From the human T2T-CHM13v2.0 reference genome, Homo sapiens, in NCBI RefSeq assembly GCF_009914755.1, contig NC_060937.1: a DNA stretch of 64,000 nt; one strand, given 5' to 3'. The notes beneath the pieces were generated by a model that was not told the origin of the DNA, searched no databases, and saw only the letters and a program-made list of their open reading frames with translations. Each line of letters opens with the position of its first letter. The first letter of the stretch is position 1. A program made the position numbers and the translations under genes. Of the stretch, positions 14,401 to 31,400 are shown one piece after another.

Positions 14401-15808
14401 CTGCACATAAAATATCAAAGTATCCAAAGTATGTATTATACACTGTACATAAAATATCAAAATACCAAAAGTATATATTACATACTGTAAATAAAATATG
14501 AAGGTACCACATATATATATTATATTCTGTACATAAAATATCAAAGTACACCAAGTATATACTATATACTCTGCATAAAATATTAAATTACCCAAAATAT
14601 GTATTGTATTGTGTACATAAAATATGAAAGTAACCAAACATTTATAATAAACTGTACATAAAATATCAAAGTACTCAAACTGTATATTATATACTGTACA
14701 TAAAGTATCAAAGTACCCAAACTGTGTAGTATATACTGTACAAAAAATATCAAGGTACCCAAAATATATATTGTAAACTGTAGATAAAATATCAAAATAC
14801 CCAAAATATATATTATATACTGTACATAAAATATGAAGGCACATCCAATATATATTATATTCTGTACATAAAATATCAAAGTACACCAAATGTATATTAT
14901 ATACTGTACATAAAATATCAAAGTACCCAAAGTGTATATTATATACTGTACATAAAATATGAAGGTTCATCAAACATATTTTATATTCTCCACATAATAT
15001 ATCAAAGTACAGCAAATATATATTATATACTGTACATAAAATATCAAAGTACCCAGAATATGTATTATATACTGTACATAAAATATGAAAGTAAGCAAAC
15101 ATTTGTAATAAAATGTACATAATGTAACAAAGTACTCAAACTACATATTATATACAGTATATAAAATGTCAAAGTACCCAAACTGTATATTATATACTGT
15201 ACATAATATATCAAAGTACCCGAATATATAGCATACTGTACATAAAATATCAAAGTACCCAAAGTGTGTATTATACACTGCACATAAAATATGAAGGTAC
15301 ATAAAATATATATTGTATTCTGTACATAAAATATCAAAGTACTCCAAATATATATTATATGCTGTACATAATATATTAAAGTCGCCCAAATATATATTAT
15401 ATACTGTACATAAAATATGAAGGTACATCAAATATATATTATATGCTGCACATAAAATATCAAAGTACCCAAAGTATGTGTTATATACTGTACATAAAAT
15501 ATCAAAGTACCCAAAGTATATATTATATACTGTACATAAAATATAAAATACCCCAAATATATATTATATGCTCTACATAAAATATCAAAGTACACAAAAT
15601 ATGTATTATATACTGTACATAAAATACCAAAGGACCCAAAATATATATTATATACTGTACATAAAATATCAAAATACCCAAAATATATATTATATACTGT
15701 ACATAAAATACCAAAGTACCCATAGTATATATTATATACCGTACAAAAAATATCAAAGTAGCCAAAATATGTATTATACACTGTATATAATATATGAAAG
15801 TACCCAAA
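11447..15808 (+). repeat. Extended unit, 4362 bp (B 3317 plus a 1045-bp A-type segment)
   Basis: Landmarks at 11447 and 15809. After gtcaacc (14336) the sequence re-enters the middle of an A unit and reaches gtcgccc at 15381. Confidence 0.8.
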
Positions 15809-18800
15809 CATTTATAATAAACTGTACATAAAATATCAATGTACTCAAACTATATATTATGTGCGCTACATAAGATATCAAAGTACCCATACTATATAGT
15901 ATATACTGTACTTAAAATATCAAAATACCCAAAATATATATTATATACGTTACATAAACTATCAAATACACAAAGTATGTATTATATACTGTACATAAAG
16001 TAGCAAAGTTCCCAAAATATGTATTACATACTGTACATAAAATATGAAAGTACCCAACCATTTATAATAAACTCTACATAAAATACCAAAGTACCCAAAC
16101 TGTGTATTATATACTGTCCATAAAATATAAAAGTACCCAAAATATATATTGTAAACTCTACATAAAATATCAAAGTAGCCAAAATACATATTGTATACTG
16201 TACATAAAATATAAAAGTACCCCAAATATATATTATATACTGTACATAAAATATCAAAGTACCCATAATACATATTATATACTGTACATAAAATATCAAA
16301 GGACCCAAAATAAACATTATATACTGTACATAAAATATCCAAATACTCAAAATATATATTACATACTGTACATAAAATATCAAAGTACCCAAATTATGTA
16401 TTATATACTGTACGTAAAATATGAGAGTACCCAAAATATGCGTTATATACTGTACATAAAATATGAAAGTAACAAAACATTTATAATAAACTGTACATAA
16501 AATATCAAAGTACTCAAACTATATATCATATACTGTACATAAAATATCAAAGTACCCAAACTGTGTATTACTACATACTGTATATAAAATATCAAAGTAC
16601 CTGAAATATATATTTTATACTGTACATAAAATATCAAAGTACCCAAAATATATACTATATACTGTACATAAAATATGAAGGTACATCAAATATATATTAT
16701 ATCCTGTACATAAAATATCAAAGTACTCCTATTATATATTGTGTACTGTACATAATATATTAAATCGCCCAAATATATATTGTATACTGTATATAAAATA
16801 TGAAGGTACTTCAAATATATATTATATGCTGCACATAAAATATCAAAGTACCCAAAGTATGCATTACATACTGTACATAAAATATCAAAGTACACAAATT
16901 ATATATTATATTCTGTACATAAAATATGTAGGTTCATCAAATATATTTTATATTCTGTACATAATATATCAAAGTACATCAAATATATATTATATACGGT
17001 ACATAAAATATCAAAGTACCCAAAATATGTACAATTTACTGTACCTAAAATATGAAAGTAACCAAACTTTTATAATAAACTGTACATAAAATATCAAAGT
17101 ACTCAATCTACATATTATATACAGTATATAAAATATCAAAGTACACAAACTGTATATTATATACTGTACATAATATATCAAAGTACCCAGAATATATAGC
17201 ATACTGTACATACAATATCAAAGTACCCAGAATGTATATTGTATACTGTACATAAAATATGAAGGTACATCAAAGATATATTATATTCTGTACATAAAAT
17301 ATCAAAGTACACCAAATATATATTATATGCTGTACATAATATATTAAAGTTGCCCATGTATACATTTTATACTGTACATAAAATATGAAGGTACATCAAA
17401 TATATAGTATATGCTGCACATAAAATATCAAAGTACCCAAAGTATGTATTATATACTGTACATAAAATATCAAAGTACCAAAAGTATATATTACCTACTG
17501 TAAATAAAATATGAAGATACCTCAAATATATATTATATTCTGTACATGAAATATCAAAGTACACCAAGTATATACTATATACTCTACATAAAATATTAAA
17601 TTACCCAAAATATGTATTGTATTGTGTACATAAAATATGAAAGTAACCAAACATTTATAATAAACTGTACATAAAATATCAAAGTACTCAAACTTTATAT
17701 TATATACTGTACATAAAGTATCAAAGTACCCAAACTGTGTAGTATATACTGTACATAAAATATCAAGGTACCCAAAATGTATATTGTAAACTGTAGATAA
17801 AATATCAAAGTACCCAAAATATATATTATATACTGTACATAAAATATGAAGGCACATCCAATATATATTATATTCTGTACATAAAATATCAAAGTACACC
17901 AAATGTATATTATATACTGTACATAAAATAAAAAACTACCCCAAATATATATTATATACTCTACATAAAATATCAAAGTACACAAAATATATATTATATA
18001 CTGTACATAATATATCAAAGTACCCATAGTATGTATTATATCCTGTACATAAAATATGAAAGTACGTCAAATATATATTCTATTCTGCACATAAAATATC
18101 ATATTGCACCAAATATATATTGTATACTGTATATAAAATATGAAGGTACTTCAAATATATATTATATGCTGCACATAAAATATCAAAGTACCCAAAGTAT
18201 GCATTATATACTGTACATAAAATATCAAAGTACCCAAAGTGTATATTATATACTGTACATAAAATATGAAGGTTCATCAAATATATTTTATATTCTGCAC
18301 ATAATATATCAAAGTACAGCAAATATATATTATATACTGTACATAAAATAACAAAGTAACAAAAATATGTACTATATACTGTACATAAAATATGAAAGTA
18401 ACCAAATATTTATAATAAACTGTATATAAAATATCAAAGTACTCAAACTACATATTATATACAGTATATAAAATATCAAAGTACCCATACTATATATTAT
18501 ATACTGTACATACTATATCAAAGTACCCGAATATATAGCATACTGTACATAAAATATCAAATTACCCAAAATATATATTGTATACTGTACATAAAATATG
18601 AAGGTACATCAAAGATATATTATATTCTGTACATAAAATATCAAAGTACACCAAATATATATTATATGCTGTACAGAATATATTAAAGTCGACCAAATGT
18701 ATATTATATACTGTACATAAAATATGAAGGTACATCAAATATATATTATATGCTGCACATAAAATATCAAAGTACCCAAAGTATGTGTTATATACTGTAC

Positions 18801-19115
18801 ATAAAATATCAAAGTACCCAAAGTATATATTATATACTGTACATAAAATATAAAATACCCCAAATATATATTATATGCTGTACATAAAATATCAAAGTAC
18901 ACAAAATATGCATTATGTACTCTACATAAATTATCAAAGGACCCAAAATATATATTATATAGTGTACATAAAATATCAAAATACCCAAAATATATATTAT
19001 ATACTGTACATAAAATACCAAAGTACCCAAAGTATATATTATATACTGTATAAAAAATATCAAAGTAGCCAAAATATGTATTATACCCTGTACATAATAT
19101 ATGAAAGTACCCAAA
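15809..19115 (+). repeat. Higher-order unit type B, 3307 bp (no 10-bp insertion)
   Basis: Landmarks at 15809 and 19116; 294-bp block near 17932. Confidence 0.85.
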
Positions 19116-22100
19116 CATTTATAATAAACTGTACATAAAATATCAATGTACTCAAACTATATATTATGTGCGGTACTTAAGATATCAAAGTACCCATACT
19201 ATATAGTATGTACTGTACTTAAAATATCAAAATACCCAAAATATATATTATATACGTTACATAAACTATCAAATACACAAAGTATGTATTACATACTGTA
19301 CATAAAATAGCAAAGTTCCCAAAATATGTATTATATACTGTACATAAAATATGAAAGTACCCAACCATTTATAATAAACTCTACATAAAATACCAAAGTA
19401 CCCAAACTGTGTATTATATACTCTCCATAAAATATCAAAGTACCCAAAATATATATTGTCAACTGTACATGAAATATCAAAGTAGCCAAAATATATATAG
19501 TATACCGTACATAAAATATAAAAGTACCCCAAATATGTATTATATACTGTACATAAAATATCAAAGTACCGATAATACATATTATATACTGTACATAAAA
19601 TATCAGAGGACCCAAAATAAACATTATATACTGTACATAAAATCTCCAAATACTCAAAATATATATTACATACTGTACATAAAATATCAAAGTACCCAAA
19701 TTATGTATTATATACTGTACATAAAATATCAGAGTACCCAAAATATGCATTATATACTGTACATAAAATATGAAAGTAACAAAACATTTATAATAAACTG
19801 TACATAAAATATCAAAGTACTCAAACTATATATCATATACTGTACACAAAATATCAAAGTACCCAAACTGTGTATTATTATATACTGTATATAAAATATA
19901 AAAGTACCTGAAATATATACTGTATACTGTACATAAAATATCAAAGTACCCAAAATATATACTATATACTGTACATAAAATATGAAGGTACATCAAATAT
20001 ATATTATATCCTGTACATAAAATATCAAAGTACACCTATTATATATTGTGTACTGTACATAATATATTAAATCGCCCAAATATATATTGTATACTGTATA
20101 TAAAATATGAAGGTACTTCAAATATATATTATATGCTGCACATAAAATATCAAAGTACCCAAAGTATGCATTACATACTGTACATAAAATATCAAAGTAC
20201 ACATATTATCTATTATATAATGTACATAAAATATGAAGGTTCATCAAATATATATTATATTCTGTACATAATATATCAAAGTACATCAAATATATATTAT
20301 ATACTGTACATAAAATATCAAAGTACCAAAAATATGTATTATATACTGTACATAAAACATGAAAGTAACCAAACATTTATAATAAACTGTACATAAAATA
20401 TCAAAGTACTCAATCTACATATTATATACAGTATATAAAATATCAAAGTACACAAACTGTATATTATATACTGTACATAATATATCAAAGTACCCAGAAT
20501 ATATACCATACTGTACTTAAAATATCAAAGAACCCAAAATATATATTGTATACTGTACATAAAATATGAAGGTACATCAAAGATATATTATATTCTGTAC
20601 ATAAAATATCAAAGTACACCAAATATATATTATATGCTGTACATAATATATTAAAGTTGCCCATATATACATTATATACTGTACATAAAATATGAACGTA
20701 CATCAAATATATAGTATATGCTGCACATAAAATATCAAAGTACCCAAAGTATGTATTATACACTGTACATAAAAAATCAAAGTACCAAAAGTATATATTA
20801 CATACTGTAAATAAAATATGAAGGTACCTCAAATATATATTATATTCTGTACATAAAATATCAAAGTACACCAAGTATATACTATATACTCTGCATAAAA
20901 TATTAAATTACCCAAAATATGTATTGCATTGTGTACATAAAATATGAAAGTAACCAAACATTTATAATAAACTGTACATAAAATATCAAAGTACTCAAAC
21001 TGTATATTATATACTGTACATAAAGTATCAAAGTACCCAAACTGTGTAGTATATACTGTACATAAAATATCAAGGTACCCAAAATATATATTGTAAACTG
21101 TAGATAAAATATCAAAGTACCCAAAATATATATTATATACTGTACATAAAATATGAAGGCACATCCAATATATACTATATTCTGTACATAAAATATCAAA
21201 GTACACCAAATGTATATTATATACTGTACAAAAAATATCAAAGTACCCAAAGTGTATATTATATACTGTACATAAAGTATGAAGGTTCATCAAATATATT
21301 TTATATTCTGCACATAATATATCAAAGTACAGCAAATATATATTATATACTGTACATAAAATATCAAAGTACCCAGAATATGTATTATATACTGTACATA
21401 AAATATGAAAGTAAGCAAACATTTGTAATAAAATGTACATAAAGTAACAAAGTACTCAAACTACATATTATATACAGTATATAAAATGTCAAAGTACCCA
21501 AACTGTATATTATATACTGTACATAATATATCAAAGTACCCGAATATATAGCATACTGTACATAAAATATCAAAGTACCCAAAGTGTGTATTATACACTG
21601 CACATAAAATATGAAGGTACATAAAATATATATTGTATTCTGTACATAAAATATCAAAGTACTCCAAATATATATTATATGCTGTACATAATATATTAAA
21701 GTCGCCCAAATATATATTATATACTGTACATAAAATATGAAGGTACATCAAATATATATTATATGCTGCACATAAAATATCAAAGTACCCAAAGTATGTG
21801 TTATATACTGTACATAAAATATCAAAGTACCCAAAGTATATATTATATACTGTACATAAAATATAAAATACCCCAAATATATATTATATGCTGTACATAA
21901 AATATCAAAGTACACAAAATATGTATTATATACTGTACATAAAATACCAAAGGACCCAAAATATATATTATATACTGTACATAAAATATCAAAATACCCA
22001 AAATATATATTATATACTGTACATAAAATACCAAAGTACCCAAAGTATATATTATATACCGTACAAAAAATATCAAAGTAGCCAAAATATGTATTATACA

Positions 22101-25100
22101 CTGTACATAATATATGAAAGTACCCAAACATTTATAATAAACTGTACATAAAATATCAATGTACTCAAACTATATATTATGTGCGGTACATAAGATATCA
22201 AATTACCCATACTGTATAGTATATACTGTACTTAAAATATCAAAATACCCAAAATATATATTATATACGTTACATAAACTATCAAATACACAAAGTATGT
22301 ATTATATACTGTACATAAAATAGCAAAGTTCCCAAAATATGTATTATATATATTATAAATATGTACATAAAATATGAAAGTACCCAACCATTTATAATAA
22401 ACTCTACATAAAACACCAAAGTACCCAAACTGTGTATTATATACTGTCCATAAAATATCAAAGGACCCAAAATATATATTGTAAACTCTACATAAAATAT
22501 CAAAGTAGCCAAAATACATATTGTATACTGTACATAAAATATAAAAGTACCCCAAATATATATTATATACTGTACATAAAATATCAAAGTACCCATAATA
22601 CATATTATATACTGTACATAAAATATCAAAGGACCCAAAATAAACATTATATACTGTACATAAAATATCCAAATACTCAAAATATATATTACATACTGTA
22701 CATAAAATATCAAAGTACCCAAATTATGTATTATATACTGTACGTAAAATATGAGAGTACCCAAAATATGCATTATATTCTGTACATAAAATATGAAAGT
22801 AACAAAACATTTATAATAAACTGTACATAAAATATCAAAGTACTCAAACTATATATCATATACTGTATATAAAATATCAAAGTACCCAAACTGTGTATTA
22901 TTATATACTGTATATAAAATATCAAAGTACCTGAAATATATATTGTATACTGTACATAAAATATCAAAGTACCCAAAATATATACTATATACTGTACATA
23001 AAATATGAAGGTACATCAAATATATATTATATCCTGTACATAAAATATCAAAGTACACCTATTATATATTGTGTACTGTACATAATATATTAAATCGCCC
23101 AAATATATATTGTATACTGTATATAAAATATGAAGGTACTTCAAATATATATTATATGCTGCACATAAAATATCAAAGTACCCAAGGTATGCATTACATA
23201 CTGTACATAAAATATCAAAGTACACAAATTATATATTATATACTGTACATAAAATATGTAGGTTCATCAAATATATTTTATATTCTGTACATAATATATC
23301 AAAGTACATCAAATATATATTATATACGGTACATAAAATATCAAATTACCCAAAATATGCATTATTTACTGTACATAAAATATGAAAGTAACCAAACATT
23401 TATAATAAACTGTACATAAATTATCAAAGTACTCAATCTACATATTATATACAGTATATAAAATATCAAAGTACACAAACTGTATATTATATACTGTACA
23501 TAATATGTCAAAGTACCCAGAATATATAGCATACTGTACATACAATATCAAAGTACCCAGAATGTATATTGTATACTGTACATAAAATATGAAGGTACAT
23601 CAAAGATATATTATATTCTGTACATAAAATATCAAACTACACCAAATATATATTATATGCTGTACATAATATATTAAAGTTGCCCATGTATACATTTTAT
23701 ACTGTACATAAAATATGAAGGTACATCAAATATATAGTATATGCTGCACATAAAATATCAAAGTATCCAAAGTATGTATTATATACTGTACATAAAATAT
23801 CAAAGTACCAAAAGTATATATTACCTACTGTAAATAAAATATGAAGGTACCTCAAATATATATTATATTCTGTACATGAAATATCAAAGTACACCAAGTA
23901 TATACTATATACTCTACATAAAATATTAAATTACCCAAAATATGTATTGTATTGTGTACATAAATTATGAAAGTAACCAAACATTTATAATAAACTGTAC
24001 ATAAAATATCAAAGTACTCAAACTTTATATTATATACTGTACATAAAGTATCAAAGTACCCAAACTGTGTAGTATATACTGTACATAAAATATCAAGGTA
24101 CCCAAAAAGTATATTGTAAACTGTAGATAAAATATCAAAGTACCCAAAATATATATTATATACTGTACATAAAATATGAAGGCACATCCAATATATATTA
24201 TATTCTGTACATAAAATATCAAAGTACACCAAATGTATATTATATACTGTACATAAAATATAAAACTACCCCAAATATATATTATATACTCTACATAAAA
24301 TATCAAAGTACCCAAAATATATATTATACACTGTACATAAAATATCAAAGTACCCATAGTATGTATTATATCCTGTACATAAAATATGAAGATACATCAA
24401 ATATATATTCTATTCTGCACATAAAATATCATATTGCACCAAATATATATTGTATACTGTATATAAAATATGAAGGTACTTCAAATATATATTATATGCT
24501 GCACATAAAATATCAAAGTACCCAAAGTATGCATTACATACTGTACATAAAATATCAAAGTACCCAAAGTGTATATTATATACTGTACAAAAAATATGAA
24601 GGTTCATCAAATATATTTTATATTCTGCACATAATATATGAAAGTACAGCAAATATATATTATATACTGTACATAAAATAACAAAGTACCAAAAATATGT
24701 ATTATATACTGTACATAAAATATGAAAGTAACCAAATATTTATAATTAACTGTATATAAAATATCAAAGTACTCAAACTACATATTATATACAGTATATA
24801 AAATATCAAAGTACCCAAACTGTATATTATATACTGTACATACTATATCAAAGTACCCGAATATATAGCATACTGTACATAAAATATCAAAGTACCCAAA
24901 ATATATATTGTATACTGTACATAAAATATGAAGGTACATCAAAGATATATTATATTCTGTACATAAAATATCAAAGTACACCAAATATATATTATATGCT
25001 GTACATAATATATTAAAGTCGACCAAATATATATTATATACTGTACATAAAATATGAAGATACATCAAATATATATTATATGCTGCACATAAAATATCAA

Positions 25101-28100
25101 AGTACCCTAAGTATGTATTATATACTGTACATAAAATATCAAAGTACCCAAAGTATATATTATATACTGTACATAAAATATAAAATACCCCAAATATATA
25201 TTATATGCTGTACATAAAATATCAAAGTACACAAAATATGTATTATGTACTGTACATAAAATATCAAAGGATCCAATATATATATTATATAGTGTACATA
25301 AAATATCAAAATACCCAAAATATATATTATATACTGTACATAAAATACCAAAGTACCCAAAGTATATATTATATACCGTACAAAAAATATCAAAGTAGCC
25401 AAAATATGTATTATACACTGTACATAATATATGAAAGTACCCAAACATTTATAATAAACTGTACATAAAATATCAATGTACTCAAACTATATATTATGTG
25501 CGGTACATAAGATATCAAAGTACCCATACTATATAGTATATACTGTACTTAAAATATCAAAATACCCAAAATATATATTATATACGTTACATAAACTATC
25601 AAATACACAAAGTATGTATTATATACTGTACATAAAATAGCAAAGTTCCCAAAATATGTATTATATACTGTACATAAAATATGAAAGTACCCAACCATTT
25701 ATAATAAAGTCTACATAAAATACCAAAGTACCCAAACTGTGTATTATATACTGTCCATAAAATATCAAAGGACCCAAAATATATATTGTAAACTCTACAT
25801 AAAATATCAAAGTAGCCAAAATACATATTGTATACTGTACATAAAATATAAAAGTACCACAAATATGTATTATATACTGTACATAAAATATCAAAGTACC
25901 CATAATACATATTATATACTGTACATAAAATATCAAAGGACCCAAAATAAACATTATATACTGTACATAAAATATCCAAATACTCAAAATATATATTACG
26001 TACTGTACATAAAATATCAAAGTACCCAAATTATGTATTATATACTGTACGTAAAATATCAGAGTACCCAAAATATGCATTATATACTGTACATAAAATA
26101 TGAAAGTAACAATACATTTATAATAAACTGTACATAAAATATCAAAGTACTCAAACTATATATCATATACTGTACATAAAATATCAAAGTACCCAAACTG
26201 TGTATTATTATATACTGTATATAAAATATCAAAGTACCTGAAATATATATTGTATACTGTACATAAAATATCAAAGTACCCAAAATATATACTATATACT
26301 GTACATAAAATATGAAGGTACATCAAATATATATTATATCCCGTACATAAAATATCAAAGTACACCTATTATATATTGTGTACTGTACATAATATATTAA
26401 ATCGCCCAAATATATATTGTATACTGTATATAAAATATGAAGGTACTTCAAATATATATTATATGCTGCACATAAAATATCAAAGTACCCAAAGTATGCA
26501 TTACATACTGTACATAAAATATCAAAGTACACATATTATCTATTATATAATGTACATAAAATATGAAGGTTCATCAAATATATATTATATTCTGTACATA
26601 ATATATCAAAGTACATCAAATATATATTATATACTGTACATAAAATATCAAAGTACCAAAAATATGTATTATATACTGTACATAAAACATGAAAGTAACC
26701 AAACATTTATAATAAACTGTACATAAAATATCAAAGTACTCAATCTACATATTATATACAGTATATAAAATATCAAAGTACACAAACTGTATATTATATA
26801 CTGTACATAATATATCAAAGTACCCAGAATATATAGCATACTGTACATAAAATATCAAAGTACCCAAAATATATATTGTATACTGTACATAAAATATGAA
26901 GGTACATCAAAGATATATTATATTCTGTACATAAAATATCAAACTACACCAAATATATATTATATGCTGTACATAATATATTAAAGTTGCCCATATATAC
27001 ATTATATACTGTACATAAAATATGAACATACATCAAATATATAGTATATGCTGCACATAAAATATCAAAGTACCCAAAGTATGTATTATACACTGTACAT
27101 AAAATATCAAAGTACCAAAAGTATATATTACATACTGTAAATAAAATATGAAGGTACCTCAAATATATATTATATTTTATACATAAAATATTAAAGTACA
27201 CCAAGTATATACTATATATTCTGCATAAAATATTAAATTACCCGAAATATGTATTGTATTGTGTACATAAAATATGAAAGTAACGAAACATTTATAATAA
27301 ACTGTACATAAAATATCAAAGTACTCAAACTGTATATTATATACTGTACATAAAGTATCAAAGTACCCAAACTGTGTAGTATATACTGTACATAAAATAT
27401 GAAGGTACCCAAAATATATATTGTAAACTGTAGATAAAATATCAAAGTACCCAAAATATATATTATATACTGTACATGAAATATGAAGGCACATCCAATA
27501 TATATTATACTCTGTACATAAAATATCAAAGTACACCAAATGTATATTATATACTGTACATAAAATATCAAAGTACCCAAAGTGTATATTATATACTGTA
27601 CATAAACTATGAAGGTTCATCAAATATATTTTATATTCTGCACATAATATATCAAAGTACAGCAAATATATATTATATACTGTACATAAAATATCAAAGT
27701 ACCCAAAATATGTATTATATACTGTACATAAAATATGAAAGTAAGCAAACATTTATAATAAACTGTACATAAAGTATCAAAGTACTCAAACTACATATTA
27801 TATACAGTATATAAAATATCAAAGTACCCAAACTGTATATTATATACTGTACATAATATATCAAAGTACCCGAATATATAGCATACTCTACATAAAATAT
27901 CAAAGTACCCAAATTTTGTATTATACACTGCACATAAAATATGAAGGTACATCAAAGATATATTATATTCTGTACATAAAATATCAAAGTACACCAAATA
28001 TATATTATATGCTGTACATAATATATTAAAGTCGACCAAATATATATTATATACTGTACATAAAATATGAAGGTACATCAAATATATATTATATGCTGCA

Positions 28101-28458
28101 CATAAAATATCAAAGTACCCAAAGTATGTGTTATATACTGTACATAAAATATCAAAGTACCCAAAGTATATATTATATACTGTACATAAAATATAAAATA
28201 CCCCAAATATATATTATATGCTGTACATAAAATATCAAAGTACACAAAATATGTATTATATACTGTACATAAAATACCAAAGGGCCCAAAATATATATTA
28301 TATACTGTACATAAAATATCAAAATACCCAAAATATATATTATATACTGTACATAAAATACCAAAGTACCCAAAGTATATATTATATACCGTACAAAAAA
28401 TATCAAAGTAGCCAAAATATGTATTATACACTGTACATAATATATGAAAGTACCCAAA
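19116..28458 (+). repeat. Regular A-B-A run (3013 + 3317 + 3013 bp)
   Basis: Landmarks at 19116, 22129, 25446 and 28459. The 294-bp block (~24262) and 10-bp insertion (~22351) occur only in the middle unit. Confidence 0.85.
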
Positions 28459-31400
28459 CATTTATAATAAACTGTACATAAAATATCAATGTACTCAAAC
28501 TATATATTATGTGCGCTACATAAGATATCAAAGTACCCATACTATATAGTATATACTGTACTTAAAATATCAAAATACCCAAAATATATATTATATACGT
28601 TACATAAACTATCAAATACACAAAGTATGTATTATATACTGTACATAAAATAGCAAAGTTCCCAAAATATGTATTATATACTGTACATAAAATATGAAAG
28701 TACCCAACCATTTATAATAAAGTCTACATAAAATACCAAAGTACCCAAACTGTGTATTATATACTGTCCATAAAATATCAAAGGACCCAAAATATATATT
28801 GTAAACTCTACATAAAATATCAAAGTAGCCAAAATACATATTGTATACTGTACATAAAATATAAAAGTACCCCAAATATATATTATATACTGTACATAAA
28901 ATATCAAAGTACCAATAATACATATTATACACTGTACATAAAATATCAAAGGACCCAAAATAAACATTATATACTGTACATAAAATCTCCAAATACTCAA
29001 AATATATATTACATACTGTACATAAAATATCAAAGTACCCAAATTATGTGTTATATACTGTACGTAATATATCAGAGTACCCAAAATATGCATTATATAC
29101 TGTACATAAAATATGAAAGTAAAAAAACATTTATAATAAACTGTACATAAAATATCAAAGTACTCAAACTATATATCATATACTGTACATAAAATATCAA
29201 AGTACCCAAACTGTGTATTATTATATACTGTATATAAAATATCAAAGTACCTGAAATATATATTGTATACTGTACATAAAATATCAAAGTACCCAAAATA
29301 TATACTATATACTGTACATAAAATATGAAGGTACATCAAATATATATTATATCCTGTACATAAAATATCAAAGTACACCTATTATATATTGTGTACTGCA
29401 CATAATATATTAAATCGCCCAAATATATATTGTATACTGTATATAAAATATGAAGGTACTTCAAATATATATTATATGCTGCACATAAAATATCAAAGTA
29501 CCCAAAGTATGCATTACATACTGTACATAAAATATCAAATTACACAAATTATATATTATATTCTGTACATAAAATATGTAGGTTCTTCAAATATATTTTA
29601 TAATCTGTACATAATATATCAAAGTACATCAAATATATATTATATACGGTACATAAAATATCAAAGTACCCAAAATATGTATTAATTACTGTGCATAAAA
29701 TATGAAAGTAACCAAACATTTATAATAAACTGTACATAAAATATCAAACTACTCAATCTACATATTATATACAGTATATAAAATATCAAAGTACACAAAC
29801 TGTATATTATATACTGTACATAATATATCAAAGTACCCAGAATATATAGCATACTGTACATACAATATCAAAGTACCCAGAATGTATATTGTATTCTGTA
29901 CATAAAATATGAATGTACATCAAAGATATATTATATTCTGTACATAAAATATCAAAGTACACCAAATATATATTATATGCTGTACATAATATATTAAAGT
30001 TGCCCATGCATACATTTTATACTGTACATAAAATATGAAGGTACATCAAATATATAGTATATGCTGCACATAAAATATCAAAGTACCCAAAGTATGTATT
30101 ATATACTGTACATAAAATATCAAAGTACCAAAAGTATATATTACCTACTGTAAATAAAATATGAAGATACCTCAAATATATATTATATTCTGTACATGAA
30201 ATATCAAAGTACACCAAGTATATACTATATAGTCTACATAAAATATTAAATTACCCAAAATATGTATTGTATTGTGTACATAAAATATGAAAGTAACCAA
30301 ACATTTATAATAAACTGTACATAAAATATCAAAGTACTCAAACTTTATATTATATACTGTACATAAAGTATCAAAGTACCCAAACTGTGTAGTATATACT
30401 GTACATAAAATATCAAGGTACCCAAAATGTATATTGTAAACTGTAGATAAAATATCAAAGTACCCAAAATATATATTATATACTGTACATAAAATATGAA
30501 GGCTCATCCAATATATATTATATTCTGTACATAAAATATCAAAGTACACCAAATGTATATTATATACTGTACATAAAATATAAAACTACCCCAAATATAT
30601 CTTATATACTCTACATAAAATATCAAAGTACCCAAAATATATATTATATACTGTACATAAAATATCAAAGTACCCATAGTATGTATTATATCCTGTACAT
30701 AAAATATGAAGGTACGTCAAATATATATTCTATTCTGCACATAAAATATCATATTGCACCAAATATATATTGTATACTGTATATAAAATATGAAGGTACT
30801 TCAAATATATATTATATGCTGCACATAAAATATCAAAGTACCCAAAGTATGCATTATATACTGTACATAAAATATCAAAGTACCCAAAGTGTATATTATA
30901 TACTGTACGTAAAATATGAAGGTTCATCAAATATATTTTATATTCTGCACATAATATATCAAAGTACAGCAAATATATATTATATACTGTACATAAAATA
31001 TCAAAGTACCCAAAATATGTATTATATACTGTACATAAAATATGAAAGTAACCAAACATTTATAATAAACTGTACATAAAATATCAAAGTACTCAAACTA
31101 CATATTATATACAGTATATAAAATGTCAAAGTACCCAAACTGTATATTATATACTGTACATAATATATCAAAGTACCCGAATATATAGCATACTGTACAT
31201 AAAATATCAAAGTACCCAAAATATATATTGTATACTGTACATAAAATATGAAGGTACATCAAAGATATATTATATTCTGTACATAAAATATCAAAGTACA
31301 CCAAATATATATTATATGCTGTACAGAATATATTAAAGTCGACCAAATATATATTATATACTGTACATAAAATATGAAGGTACATCAAATATATATTATA

